Assembly: GCA_964016885.1 (NCBI GenBank)
Contig: OZ024748.1
Location: 49,290,001-49,354,000 of the forward strand
Reading direction: 5' to 3'
Origin: Eledone cirrhosa
Lineage: Eukaryota
Length of the DNA: 64,000 bases
Shown here: one piece after another, positions 14,501 to 28,015 of the stretch
How positions within the stretch are numbered: position 1 is the first letter of the stretch
How the letters are laid out: each line of letters begins with the position of its first letter
Made by a program: the position numbers and the translations under genes
The notes under the pieces: model-generated
Told to the model about the DNA's origin: nothing
Database searches by the model: none
Seen by the model: the letters and a program-made list of their open reading frames with translations, nothing else

Positions 14501-17500
14501 CGATATGTAAGCGAGATGCAGACCCTTCAGCCTATCTAGGAGATCAGTAGCCCTGCTTCAGCGCTCACCTGGTCTATGTAGACCCGTCCAACCCTTGCTA
14601 GCAGGGAAAGTAAGTGTTAAGCTATGATGAGGATGATTATTATTGATATAAGGGATTTTCTCTATTAGTGAAGGATAGATTATATAGTGGCTGTGTGAGA
14701 AGTAGAATGTTACATGCCAAGAATATAAAGAGGCTGGATAGAAATGAAGTCAATAGACTCCATTGGATGTGAATGTTAGTGTGCATGAATGATGGAGCAT
14801 GGAATCAGATGTAGTGTGTAAAATAGAAAAACTACACTGGTATGGACATGTGAGGTGTATGGAAGATGTGATGTTAGTGTACATAAATGGTGTAGCACAA
14901 ATAAATTGAGGGAAATGCTGGGTATAAGAGGAATTTAATGTAGTCTGTGGAATAGAAGACTGCACTGGTATAGACATGTGACATATATATATATGTGGAT
15001 GATGGTCGCTAGGTGAAGTGCCAGATGGTAGTGGTAGCAAACTGCAGTATAAGAAGACCAAGTAAAACCTGACAGAGGTTGTGAGAGCTGATCACAAAAT
15101 GCTGAACCTCACAGAGGAAATGATGAAACACTACATGTGGAGGAAGGTTTTACTGGAAAGGACCTGTTCAACCCATGCAAGCATATGATGATGATGGTGA
15201 TTGTGTTAACTAACTTATATTACAATCGGATTTCGATATTGATACTATAGAATGGTTTTTAATTTAGATATAAGGTCAACAATTTAGGAGGAGAGGAAGT
15301 CAATTACATTGACTCTAGAATATGACTGGTATTTTATTTTCCTGATTTCAGAAGGATCAAAAACAGATCTGACTTCAGGAGGATTTAATTGCAAAAATGT
15401 AAAGAGCTGGAATAAATACCACCAGGCATATAATCTGATGCTCTAAAAATTCTGCTTGCTTCAAGAGATACAATCTTTTTAGTGCTGCTGCCATGATAAA
15501 ATGCACCCAGTATACCCTGTAAAGTGGTTAGTATTTGAAACAGATCCAGCTTTAGAAACCATGCCAAAGGCACGTTGTCTGATGCTCTAAATATTCTGTT
15601 TGTTTGAAAAATAATTTCTATAATGCCATGATAAAATACATCCAGTACACCATGTAAAGAAATTGGTGTTTGAAGAGCATCCAGCTGTAGAAACCATGCC
15701 AAAAATGGTATGGTATGGTTATTTTAACATTTCCAAGAACAAAACTAGGAATAAAAGAATAAAATGATATATATTTACTGTCTTGACTTGTATCTGATGC
15801 CAATGAAGCTACTGCATCCAATAGACGGTTGCCGAGTTGACTGGGGTCTTGGCAGAGTTGAAGAATTTGGTAACTTTCTCCTCCAGCAATTGGGTTAAAG
15901 ATAAGATCATTGCATACAGTTGATGGAGAATTGGGGCCTATTGGGAAGAGGAAATAAACAATAGCTAATATACAGTTGATGGAGAACTGGGGCCTGTTGG
16001 GAAGAGGAAATGTGGTTAATATACAGTTGATGGAGAACTGGGGCCTGTTGCGAAGAGGAAATAAACAATAGTTAATATACAGTTGATGGAGAACTGGGGC
16101 CTGTTGGGAAGAGGAAATATGGTTAATAGACAGTTGATGGAGAACTGGGGCCTGTTGGGAAGAGGAAATGTGGTTAATATACAGTTGATGGAGGATTGGG
16201 ACCTGTTGGAAGATACACAGTGATTAATTAGTTTAATTTATAAGATTGCAGGAAAGTTATTTCACAAATAAAAATAATTGTTTCTACCTTTTGCACAAGG
16301 CCAGCAATTTGAAGGGAAAAGGGAAAATTGATCAAACCGACCCCAGTGTGTTGCTGGTACTTTAATTTATCAATCCCCATAAGGATGAAATGAAAGGCAA
16401 AGCTAACTTTGGCAGGATTTGAACTCAGAACCTAAAGGGCCATAACTATGCTGCAAAGCAGGGTGTCTGGCGTTCTACCGTCCTTATAATAATAATTGTT
16501 TCTACTTTAGGCACAAGGCCAGCAATTTTGGGGGAGGGGAAAGTTGATTAAATCGACCCCAGTACATTACTGGTACTTTATCTAATCGACCCTGTAAGGA
16601 TGAAAGGCAAAGCTAAACTCGGTGAGATTTGGACTAAGAACGTAAAAGGTCATAACTCTATGCTGCAAAGCAGGGTGTTGGATTGGCAGACACCATGCTT
16701 TGTAGCATAGAGTTATGGCCCTTTACGACGCTCTACCGATACTGCCAATCCAACACCATGCTTTGCAGCATAGAGTTATGGCCCTTTACGTTCCGAGTTC
16801 AAATCCCGCTGAGGTTACCTTTGCCTTTCATCCTTATGGGGTTGATAAAATAAAGCACCAGTAATGCACTGGGGTAATTGCTGGCCTTGTGCCAAACACT
16901 GAGACAGGCACATAACTCTAATGAAACAACATATACAGAACATACTTACCACATAACAAAATAACACAACTTACTTTACAAATATCCTGAAGTAACAGAA
17001 CAAACAAATAATACAAACCACATAGCAAAACAACACTAATGCAGTACATAAACAAGAAGAGTCTACAACTGCCTTCATCCTTTCAAAAAATATAACAACA
17101 TAATACTACACACACCTCTAAAACACGGAGGTGTACCTGGTGATGCAACAGAATCTCACCTAGAAAATCTCAATGAAATAATAATAATTGTTTCTACTTT
17201 AGGCACAAGGCCAGCAATTATCCCAGTGCATTACTGGTACTTTATTTTATCGACCCCGTAAGGATGAAAGGCAAAGTCAACCTCGGCGGGATTTGAACTC
17301 AGATCGTAAAGGGACGTAACTGTGCTGCAAAGCATGGCGTCCGACCCTCTACCGATACTGCCAATCCACCGCCCTACTTAATAGACAGTTGATGGAGAAC
17401 TGGGGCCTGTTGGGAAGAGGAAATGTGGTTAATATACAGTTGATGGAGGATTGGGACCTGTTGGAAGATACACAGTGATTAATTAGTTTAATTTATAAGA

Positions 17501-17665
17501 TTGCAGAATGAAATAATAATAATAATATTAATAAAATTTCTTTAAACATTCTTTTAAGAATCAAGGTTTCTCTCATATAGAGAAGTAGTAGTAGTAGTAG
17601 TAAAAGTTATAGTAGTAGTTGTAGCAGCAATAGCTGTAGTAGTAGTAACTGTAGTAGTAAAAGTT

Positions 17666-17703
<38 letters not shown>

Positions 17704-17889
17704 TGATGGCATTCATAGTTAGCAACAAAGAAAAACTGAGGTGACATCTATTGTATTTGAGGATCAACAAATGGAAGAAAGATGAAATTGTTTCTGAAGT
17801 TGAACAGATAAGATGAATGCCAACAGAGATAAAGATCAAACATGCTCCATTTGTTGTTTAATTTTAGTTAGTGTGAATGTGAATGATGA

Positions 17890-17979
<90 letters not shown>

Positions 17980-19306
17980 TAGGAAATGAGTAAAAGAGGA
18001 ATAGAATGTATGAGTGTAGGCTGAAAAGTTCATAGGCTGACTATGAAGGAGTGATGCTAGAGCTATGAAATTTTGCATGCATTAATTTCAACTCTTCTTC
18101 TTAATAACTGCATTGTTTCTTTCCAGGGTCTATGTTGAACATTAAACCTCATTTGGTCACTCCATGAGAGTATCTTGGTAGGCCTATGAACTTTTCAACG
18201 GACCCTCATAGAGTGCAAGAATAATGGCTGCACTGTTATGGAGATATAAAGGGTTGGAAGGAGGACCCTTCAGTTGTATGAAGGACATGAAGGCCTCTTT
18301 AATGTTGGTGATCTACACAATAAACACACCACGTTGTGAAGTGGTTGGTGATAGGAAGGGCATCCAGTCATAAAAAGCTTGTCAAACAAAGGGTTTGGAG
18401 AACCCTGCAGTTGTGTCAAAGACATGACAACCTGTCTTTTGCACTCAGTAGAACATGGGACCCTGTGTAAGCAAGATGCAGATCCCTGGCCTGTCTAGGT
18501 CAGTAGCCCTGCTTCAGTACTGACTTGGTCAATGTAGGCACATCTAACCCTTGCTAGCAGGGAAAGCAGATGTTATGATGATGATGATGATAATGAATGT
18601 ATGTGGATGATTGTTTTTTGTGAAGAAGTGCCAGGGTTCCCAAATTGGAAAGAAAATGAGACAGAGGTAGGTAAAAGAATATGAGGATTTGGGCAGAAGT
18701 GATGAGAGCTGATCTCATTATGGTGAATCTTACAATGAAGTTGACAGAGGAAAAAGACAAATGGAGGGACTCATCTAACTCATGCTAGTATGGAAGTGAT
18801 AAAGATAGTTTAGAATGAAAGAATGAAAGAGTGGTGGTGGTAGAGAGGGAAAGATAAGAGAAAGATAAGATATGTTGACAGAACAATCGTTATAGAAGTA
18901 TTTATAGACTATATATGATAAAGATAATTTTGAATGAAAGAGAGTAGGGGCTGGGAAAAGAGGAGAGGGAGGGGGAGGGAGCAAGAGAGAGAAGTGAGTA
19001 AAGTATCTTAAATAGATCTGAAAAAATTTAGATTTTAGTAGAACAATATTAGTTACAGATATAAAGTGGATCTTTTCATTACCTGTATTATTAATTTGTA
19101 TTAATAAATAATTTTCTGTAATAAGAAAGGGTAATACATACATAGTATATATAGTATATATTTATAAAAACTTATATTTGATTCAAGTCAGGTCAGGTGA
19201 CAACGTCTTGCTCAAAATGCAGATCCGTCAAACCCATGCAAACAGATAATGGACATTAAACATTGTTGATGATGATGATATAGGTGTATATGTACATATA
19301 CAAAGA

Positions 19307-19345
<39 letters not shown>

Positions 19346-22300
19346 GCACATGGATGATGATTACAAGGTGAAGAAGTGCCAGGAAATCCCAGTGGAAGGA
19401 AGTTGCAGTAGATGTAGACCAAGAAAGACTTGGGCAGATGTGGTGAGAGCTAATCTCAAATCCCTGAGACTCAGAGAGGTGATGATGAAAGAACGCAGCA
19501 TGTGGAAAGATGCTGTGCTGAAAAGAACCCGTCCAACCCATGCAAGCATGGAAAAACAGACATAAAAATGATACTGATGATGATATGTATTTAGGCAAGG
19601 TAACAGCTCATTGAGTGAGTATGAGAAGAGACCATAACAATAGAAACCTTCAGGATTAATGCAGAACCACTTTATCTATTTATCTGTGTGTAAGTGTGTA
19701 TGCATATTTATGTGATTGTTTATGTGTTTATGTATGTGCATGTATTTATATGTGTGTGTCTATATGAGTGTGTGCATGTGCCTCTATACAAATATGTATG
19801 CTTGTGTCTATGTGTGATATCCATTAAAACAACAGTATAATTATTATTGTATGTATATATAGTAGAAGTGGTAGATGGTAGAAAAACAGACTAAATTATT
19901 TTAATCATAACCCTTTCCTCCCCTTGAGACCAATATTTTAATAACCTCCCCCTTCCATTGAGATCAATATTTTAATCATAAGCCCTTCTCCTGTGACCCA
20001 TATTTTAATGACAACCCCTCCATTTATGACAAATATCTGAAAGATACCCCACCTCCCCATGAGACCAATATTTTAATGATTACCACCTCCGCTTGTGACC
20101 AATAATTATAAGTTCAATTAGTAATAGTCTATTGTTAGTTACATTACTATTATGTGTTCCAAAGTTAAGCTAAGATATGAGATTGCATACAAAGTATAAT
20201 GGTGTGTTAGTTGCAAAATACTTACTTGGACTTCTCAGTTCTGGGGCACAAACTTTGAGAGACTTTATTATGGCATCAGAAAGGAACCCAGCAAGCTGAA
20301 GAAGAGAATATGTAATCAATCAATTAATTAATTAATATAGTTTGCTAAATATTATTGATTGAGAAAGCTGTGTAAATATTTGTGTATTAGTAATAATAAT
20401 AATAATAATAATATTAATTCTTAAATAAAATAATTAAAAAAAACAATTACTCTGTAAATGACTAAAAATTTCTCAGAATAAATTTGATCTTGTGTCGGAA
20501 TTTTGAGATCAATTCTGATCCCATGTTTAGCATATCAAAAGCTTGTTAGGACATTCAAATCCTCAGATAAATGAAGTAAGCATTGTTTTAGTTCCATTAA
20601 TATATGACATGACAGTTTTCATGATTAAACGGTGTATATTGTCAACAGCATATTTTATCAACCATTAAAATCCCGCCGAGGTTAACTTTGCCTTTCATCC
20701 TTACGGGGTCGATAAAATAAAGTACCAGTAATGTACTGGGTAATTGCTGGCCTTGTGCCTAAAGTAGAAAATTATATATAATATAACCAGTGTATATTAT
20801 TAACCATACATAACCAATATATGTTCTTAACATTCTCTCCTTCAGAATCCAGATATATTGTGACAATAATGTGTTTTTAAATGTCTGAAAGAATAAGTGT
20901 ATTTAGTTTATTTCAATCAGACCAAAATGTAAAGAACATCAGCACTTGGTAATTTTTTTACCTGGTTATCTGTGACTGTGCTGGTTGCCAGGAATTCCTT
21001 GGCCAGTTGGAAGCGGGCATTGTTGTTGACCTTCAGTAACATTTCAAGAATTGTGAACTCATCTGATGTGATTACAAACTCATATTTCTTCTCCAAAATC
21101 TATTAAAAAACCAACAAAAACAATAAAAACAATAAAAGTTTAAGATCTGTTCAATATGAGTTAATGACTAGAAACATAAGAAGTAGATGTTAGTAGAAGT
21201 AGAGGTAGGGTAGATATTATGGGGTGTCTGTGGTAGAGGTAGTGAAGATATAGGGTATATGGGGTGGAGGTAGGGTAGGGGAGATGTTAGAGGGTATCTG
21301 TGGTTGGGGTAGAGGTAAGGTAGATAGAGGGTATCTGGGGTAGAGGTAAGGTAGATAGAGGGTATCTGGGGTAGAGGTAAGGTAGATAGAGGGTATCTGG
21401 GGTAGAGGTAAGGTAGATAGAGGGTATCTGGGGTAGAGGTAAGGTAGATAGAGGGTATCTAGGGTAGAGGTAGGGTAGATGGAGGGTATCTGGGGTAAAG
21501 GTAGGGTAGATAGAGGGTATCTGGGGTAAAGGTAGGGTAGATAGAGGGTATCTAGGGTAGATAGAGGGTATCTGGGGTAGAGGTAGGGTAGATAGAGGGT
21601 ATCTGGGGTAGAGGTAAGGTAGATAGAGGGTATCTGGGGTAGAGGTAGGGTAGATAGAGGGTATCTGGGGTAGATAGAGGGAATCTGGTACTTTATTTAT
21701 CGACTTTAAAAGGATGAAAGGCAAAGTTGACTTCAGCAGAATTTTAACTCAGAGTGCAGAAATCTGGAACAAATACCCAGGTACATTTAATTCAACACCC
21801 TGCCTTTATGATGGAAGGTTTTGAGATAAATATAAACACTTTGAAATAAACAGTTTTGTAATAAAAGACTGACAATTTTCAAAAAGCCAGTACAATGCAG
21901 TAGAAAAATATAAAGGGCAAATGATGACAAATAAAACAAAACAAAGGAATGTTTTACCCAGTGTATTTCAACATATTTCAGAGTTATTACCTCCTTGAAA
22001 AGAAATACACGGGATAAAACAGTACTTCGTTTTGTTTTATTTGTCATCATTTGCCCTTTGTATTTTTTTTACTGCATTGTACTGGCTTTTGGAAATTTAT
22101 TGATCTTTTACTACATATCTCACAATGCTTTGTATAATAAAACCAATGGTGGTTTCAAGCAGTTTGCTGTTAAAAGGGTTAAGATATTTACCAAAGCTAT
22201 TTTCTTTGCAATCAAAACTCTCCGACAGCATTCCTTTCCCTGGACACACAAACTAAACAGTTGTTCCATGATAGTGATGAGTTGCTCTTGAGCAGGAGAC

Positions 22301-25300
22301 AAAGTCAAATTACCAACTCCTGCCAAGCTACCAAGGCTGGCTGCAAATACACAAGGGAAAGTTTACTTATTATTTATCCAGTTTGTACAGTAATAAAGTA
22401 AATCTACCTATATAAACACAGTAACTGGTGTATTTCAGAAAAAACAACAACAATAACTAAAATGTCTTTAAGTAATTACACACATGTGATGTGCATAGAC
22501 GATGATCACTGGGTGAAGAAGTGGCAAGTAATACCAGTGGAAGGAAGCTGCAGTAGTGGCAGACCAAGGAAGACCTGGATGGGAGTGGTGAGAACTGATC
22601 TCAGATCAATAAAGCTCACGGAGGAGATGGCAAAGCAAGATGACAACCCATGCAAGCGTGGAACAACAGATGTAAAAATGATGATAATAATGACACACAC
22701 ACCATCATCATCTGTTCATCTGTTCTTCCATGCTAACATAAATTGAATGAGACTTTTTGTCAGTCAGTTTTTCTACAGCCAGATATCCTTCCTGATGCCA
22801 ACTAATACTTTATTTATAAGTATGGCACATACTGCTCATCCTTGTCAATCCACTACACTGTGGGTCATATTGTTTATGATGGACATAAACAAACAACGCT
22901 GTTTACACAGAGCCTTCCTCCCTCACCTGCCTTCCTTCACATGTGTGTAGCTGTGTGTTACATGTATAAGGATGTGTATCATACATGTATAAACATTTAT
23001 TACAAATATATTAGTCATCATCATCACCATCATTATTTCACATCCACTTCCCACACCAGAATGATGTGGACAGCTTCTTATCAGCACAGCCACACTCAAT
23101 GTGTAGTGTTCTTTCATCATCTCAGGGAGATGCAACATTATAAGATCAGTTCGAACCAACTTTGTGCAGGCTTTTCTCAGTCTTCCCCTACTGCAGCTTC
23201 CTTTACTTTGCATCTCCAGGAAGTTCTTCATCCAACATTACCATTCATACTAATCACATGTCCATACCAGTGCAGTCTTCTCTTTTGCACACTACATCAC
23301 ATTTCTCTTATACCCAGTTTTTCTCAGTGTGTGCTACAGATATATTAGTGTGTACTATTAATATATTAGTGTGTACTACAGATATATTAGAGTGTACTAT
23401 TAATATATTAGTGTGTACTACAGATATATTAGAGTGTACTATTAATATATTAGTGTATACTACAGATATATTAGTATGTACTACAGATATATTAGTATGT
23501 ACTACAGATATATTAGTATGTACTACAGATATATTAGTGTGTACTACAAATATATTAGTGTATACTACAAATATATTAGTGTGTACTATTAATATATTAG
23601 TGTATACTACAAATATATTAGTATGTACTACAGATATATTAGTATGTACTACAGATATATTAGTATGTACTACAGATATATTAGTGTGTACTACAAATAT
23701 ATTAGTGTGTACTATTAATATATTAGTGTATACTACAAATATATTAGTGTATACTACAAATATATTAGTGTGTACTACAGATATGTTAGTGTGTACTACA
23801 AATATATTAGTGTGTACTATAAATATACAAGTGTGTATTACAAATATATTAGTGTGTTCTACAAATATATTAGTGTGTTCTACATATATATTAGTGTGTA
23901 CTATTAATATATTAGTGTGTACTACAGATATATTAGTGTGTACTACAGATATGTTAGTGTGTACTACAGATATGTTAGTGTGTACTACAAATATATGAGT
24001 GTGTACTATAAATATACAAGCGTGTATTACAAATATATTAGTGTGTTCTACAGATATATTGTGTACTATTAATATATTAGTGTGTACTACAGATATATTA
24101 GTGTACTACAAATATATTAGTATGTACTACAGATATATTAGTATGTACTACAGATATATTAGTGTGTACTACAGATATATTAGTGTACTACAAATATAAT
24201 AGTATGTACTACAGATATATTAGTGTGTACTACAGATATGTTAGTGTGTACTACAAATATATTAGTATGTACTATAAATATATTAGTGTGTACTACAGCT
24301 ATATTAGTGTGTACTACAGCTATATTAGTGTGTACTACAGCTATATTAGTGTGTACTACAGATATATTAGTGCGTTATCCACTGACCATTAGAGAGACGG
24401 AAGAAAGATGAACCATTGTTGAATTGTTTGGAGAACCTGGTGGCTGGATTTTTATTGATGTCTGCAGATTCTAGCAGAAGTTGCTTTATCTCTTGAGGTA
24501 TTTCTTCAACAGTGATGGAACCTATGCTGAGCCGGATACAAGTCTACAGAGAAAGAAAATATAGAGTCAATAACAAACTTTCAAACTTAATCTATGTTTA
24601 TAGGTATATATATATATAAACAAGGTTACACATTAACCCTTTAATGTTCAAACCGGCCAAAATTCTCTACCTCTTTCTGTTGAAACTGGCTGTAACTGGT
24701 CACTCAAACTGATGTTAAGGTATTGTTCTCAAAATAAATACTTTCAAAATCTCATAGATTTGATATTATGCGAGATATTTATGTGAGATAAAGCCTTTAC
24801 CATGAAAATATAATAGTATATATACAGAGTAATGTGAATGCTAAAGGGTTAAAGTCTATATTGATTATACAGTTACAACCATTTCACAGATGGGTGGCTC
24901 AAGTTCTATGTAAATGCTAGAGACCTGACTCCAGCCTGACTCTGCTCATCGAACTTGGTAACCAAATTAAACCAAAATCTTATCTTAATGACAATCCTTG
25001 TTTTGTTTTTAATATATGCAATAGCATAGTGTTGATTTTGGTACCTTTCTCTGTAAAACACAAATCTACTGAATTACTTATTACATATATATATAAAATA
25101 GTCTATGTTTATACATACAGTGAAATTCTGTTACAACGAAATTCACGGGGTATAAAAACAAAAATTTGTTGTAACGAAAAATTCTTTATGACGAGATTGA
25201 CCAAACTAAATATTCGTTATAATGGTATTCATTACAACGGAATTTTACCTGTATATGAAATAGTATATGTTATATATATATATATATATGTATACATAAA

Positions 25301-27576
25301 ATAGTCTATGTTTGTGTATATATAGAGAGAGATATAAAATAGAAGGGCATATAAACCCATTGAACAGAAAAAGAGGAAACAAAGAAACAAGGTGAGAGAG
25401 AGAAACAGAGATAGATGATAGATAGAAAGAGAGAGAAACAGAGATAGATGATAGATAGAAAGAGAGAGAAAGAGAGAGATGGATGTTAGATAGAAAGAGA
25501 GAAGGAAAAGTGCAAGACAATGCCACTTACCAAAATGATAGCAAGATCTTGACTATAGAATGAGAACTCAGCTGCAACTCTACAACAGTCAGACAGATGG
25601 GCGCCACTGAGAAGTTCACCAATTAAAAGACTTACAGCTCGTTGTTCCTGGAAAATGATAAGCAATCAATAATGATAGTGAATTTCAGATCAATATTCCT
25701 GGCTATTTATGCTAAAACAAACATGAAAAATATCAAATGACAGTTCTGGGGAAGTGGTTAATACTGAGGTGGCTAGAGAGACCTCCAAAACAGATCCACT
25801 GTAGAACTGCAATGGTGTTTGTGTTGCTCACAGATTCAGAGACCAAATATGAGTGAAATGTTGTTTTGAAGACAGTCATGGGTAATCAGTTGACCGTGAG
25901 GGCATGGAATTTAGCCAGACACTGCTGTGGAGGCTAAAAGACAGGCCTGAGTGTAACAGCAATTCAGAGACAGTCATGTGAATCACTTGACCGTGATGGC
26001 ATGGAATTTAGCCAGACACTGCTGTGGAGGCTAAAAGACAGGCCTGAGTGTAACAGTAATTCAGAGACAGTCATGTGAATCAGTTGACCATGATGGCATG
26101 GAATTTAGCCAGACACTGCTGTGGAGGCTAAAAGACAGGCCTGAGTGTAACAGTAATTCAGAGACAGTCATGTGAATCAGTTGACCGTGAGGGCATGGAA
26201 TTTAGCCAGACACTGCTGTGGAGGCTAAAAGACAGGCCTGAGTGTAACAGTAATTCAGAGACAGTCATGTGAATCAGTTGACCGTGATGGCATGGAATTT
26301 AGCCAGATACTGCGATGGAGGCTAAAAGACAGGCCTGAGTGTAACAGCAATTCAGAGACAGTCATCGGTAATCAGTTGACCGTGAGGGCATGGAATTTAG
26401 CCAGACACTGCGGTGGAGGCTAAAAGACAGGCCTGAGTGTAACAGTAATTCAGAGACAGTCATGTGAATCAGTTGACCGTGATGGCATGGAATTTAGCCA
26501 GACACTGTGGTGGAGGCTAAAAGACAGGCCTGAGTGTAACAGCAATTCAGAGACAGTCATGTGAATCAGTTGACCGTGAGGGCATGGAATTTAGCCAGAC
26601 ACTGTGGTGGAGGCTAAAAGACAGGCCTGAGTGTAACAGAAATTCAGAGACAGTCATGTGAATCAGTTGACCGTGAGGGCATGGAATTTAGCCAGACACT
26701 GCTGTGGAGGCTAAAAGACAGGCCTGAGTGTAACAGTAATTCAGAGACAGTCATGTGAATCAGTTGACTGTGATGGCATGGAATTTAGACAGACACTGCA
26801 GTGGAGGTTAGAAGACATAGCTGAAACTTGCAAAACACTGTTGGTCAAGCACAGGTACAAGGATATCTGAGACTATTTTATAGTTTCTCTGCACATAAGC
26901 ACACCACTCCTTATATTAACTTTATCCCCTCAGTGTTTTGTAAAAGTTTGAGGGATCGGCTACGTTTATACAATATTTATTCATATTGATTATGTGGGAA
27001 AACTCCCGTCCAAACCCATGCAAGCGTGGAAGATGGATGTTAAACGATGATGATGATGATGATGATGTTCACTTACACTATCAGAGAATTCACTTTGTTT
27101 CTGGGATATATTTGGCATTTTGCCATGTTGTAGAAGTTCTGTCTTCAATGCTGATGTCTTTGACTGAAAGGGATACGTCTCATCAAGTCCTGAAAATATT
27201 TCATCAATTGGAGCCACTAAAGAAGGGATCCGCTAGAAAGAGACAAAAACAAATTGAAAATTAACAGCATTATAGAAAGGTGATTTACACTACCACCACC
27301 ACACCTCTATCCACATCATCTGCTCCACCCCACCACCATCATGGATTTTATGGTTATAACATGTGTATAGTATGTTTTTAACAAAGTACTTGTCATTTTG
27401 GACTTAGTACAGACCCATCCCTTACTACCATTACAGCCCCAACAGACCTGAATATATTCCAGTTACATTGACAATGCCCATCCTTAGCTCAAGGCCACAC
27501 ACCCTCAGGGGTTGCATTTAAAAAAAATATATTTTAATCTTATTAGCTTCTTTTATTCTTTAACACTACATCATCA

Positions 27577-27622
<46 letters not shown>

Positions 27623-27953
27623 TGTGGTCAATATACCATATGTTTAATTAAAAACATTTAGAAGACCATACACTATCAGTTTAAAAGTAGTGACTATGTC
27701 ACTTACTTCCTTTCGGCGAAAGAAGGGAGAGAAGCTGACAGTCTGTTTCACGCTGGTTGGCGTTCATCAGAGCCATGCATTCCCCTGCTTCCGCCAAAAA
27801 TTATAGAAGCTGGATTCTTATAGAATTCCAGCAATAATCAGGAGCTGATTATACAGAGTGATTGCCGGTCCAGCAAAAATTAGGCATTAGGATTGGTGCT
27901 CTGAAATAGCGATGTATACATGAATGTATGTATAGTATATTTGGCAATATACC

Positions 27954-28015
<62 letters not shown>

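Noticed and set aside
27707-27900. Constitutive SPG11 coding exon
   Set aside because: Stops in all three frames; exons 24 and 25 join in phase without it.
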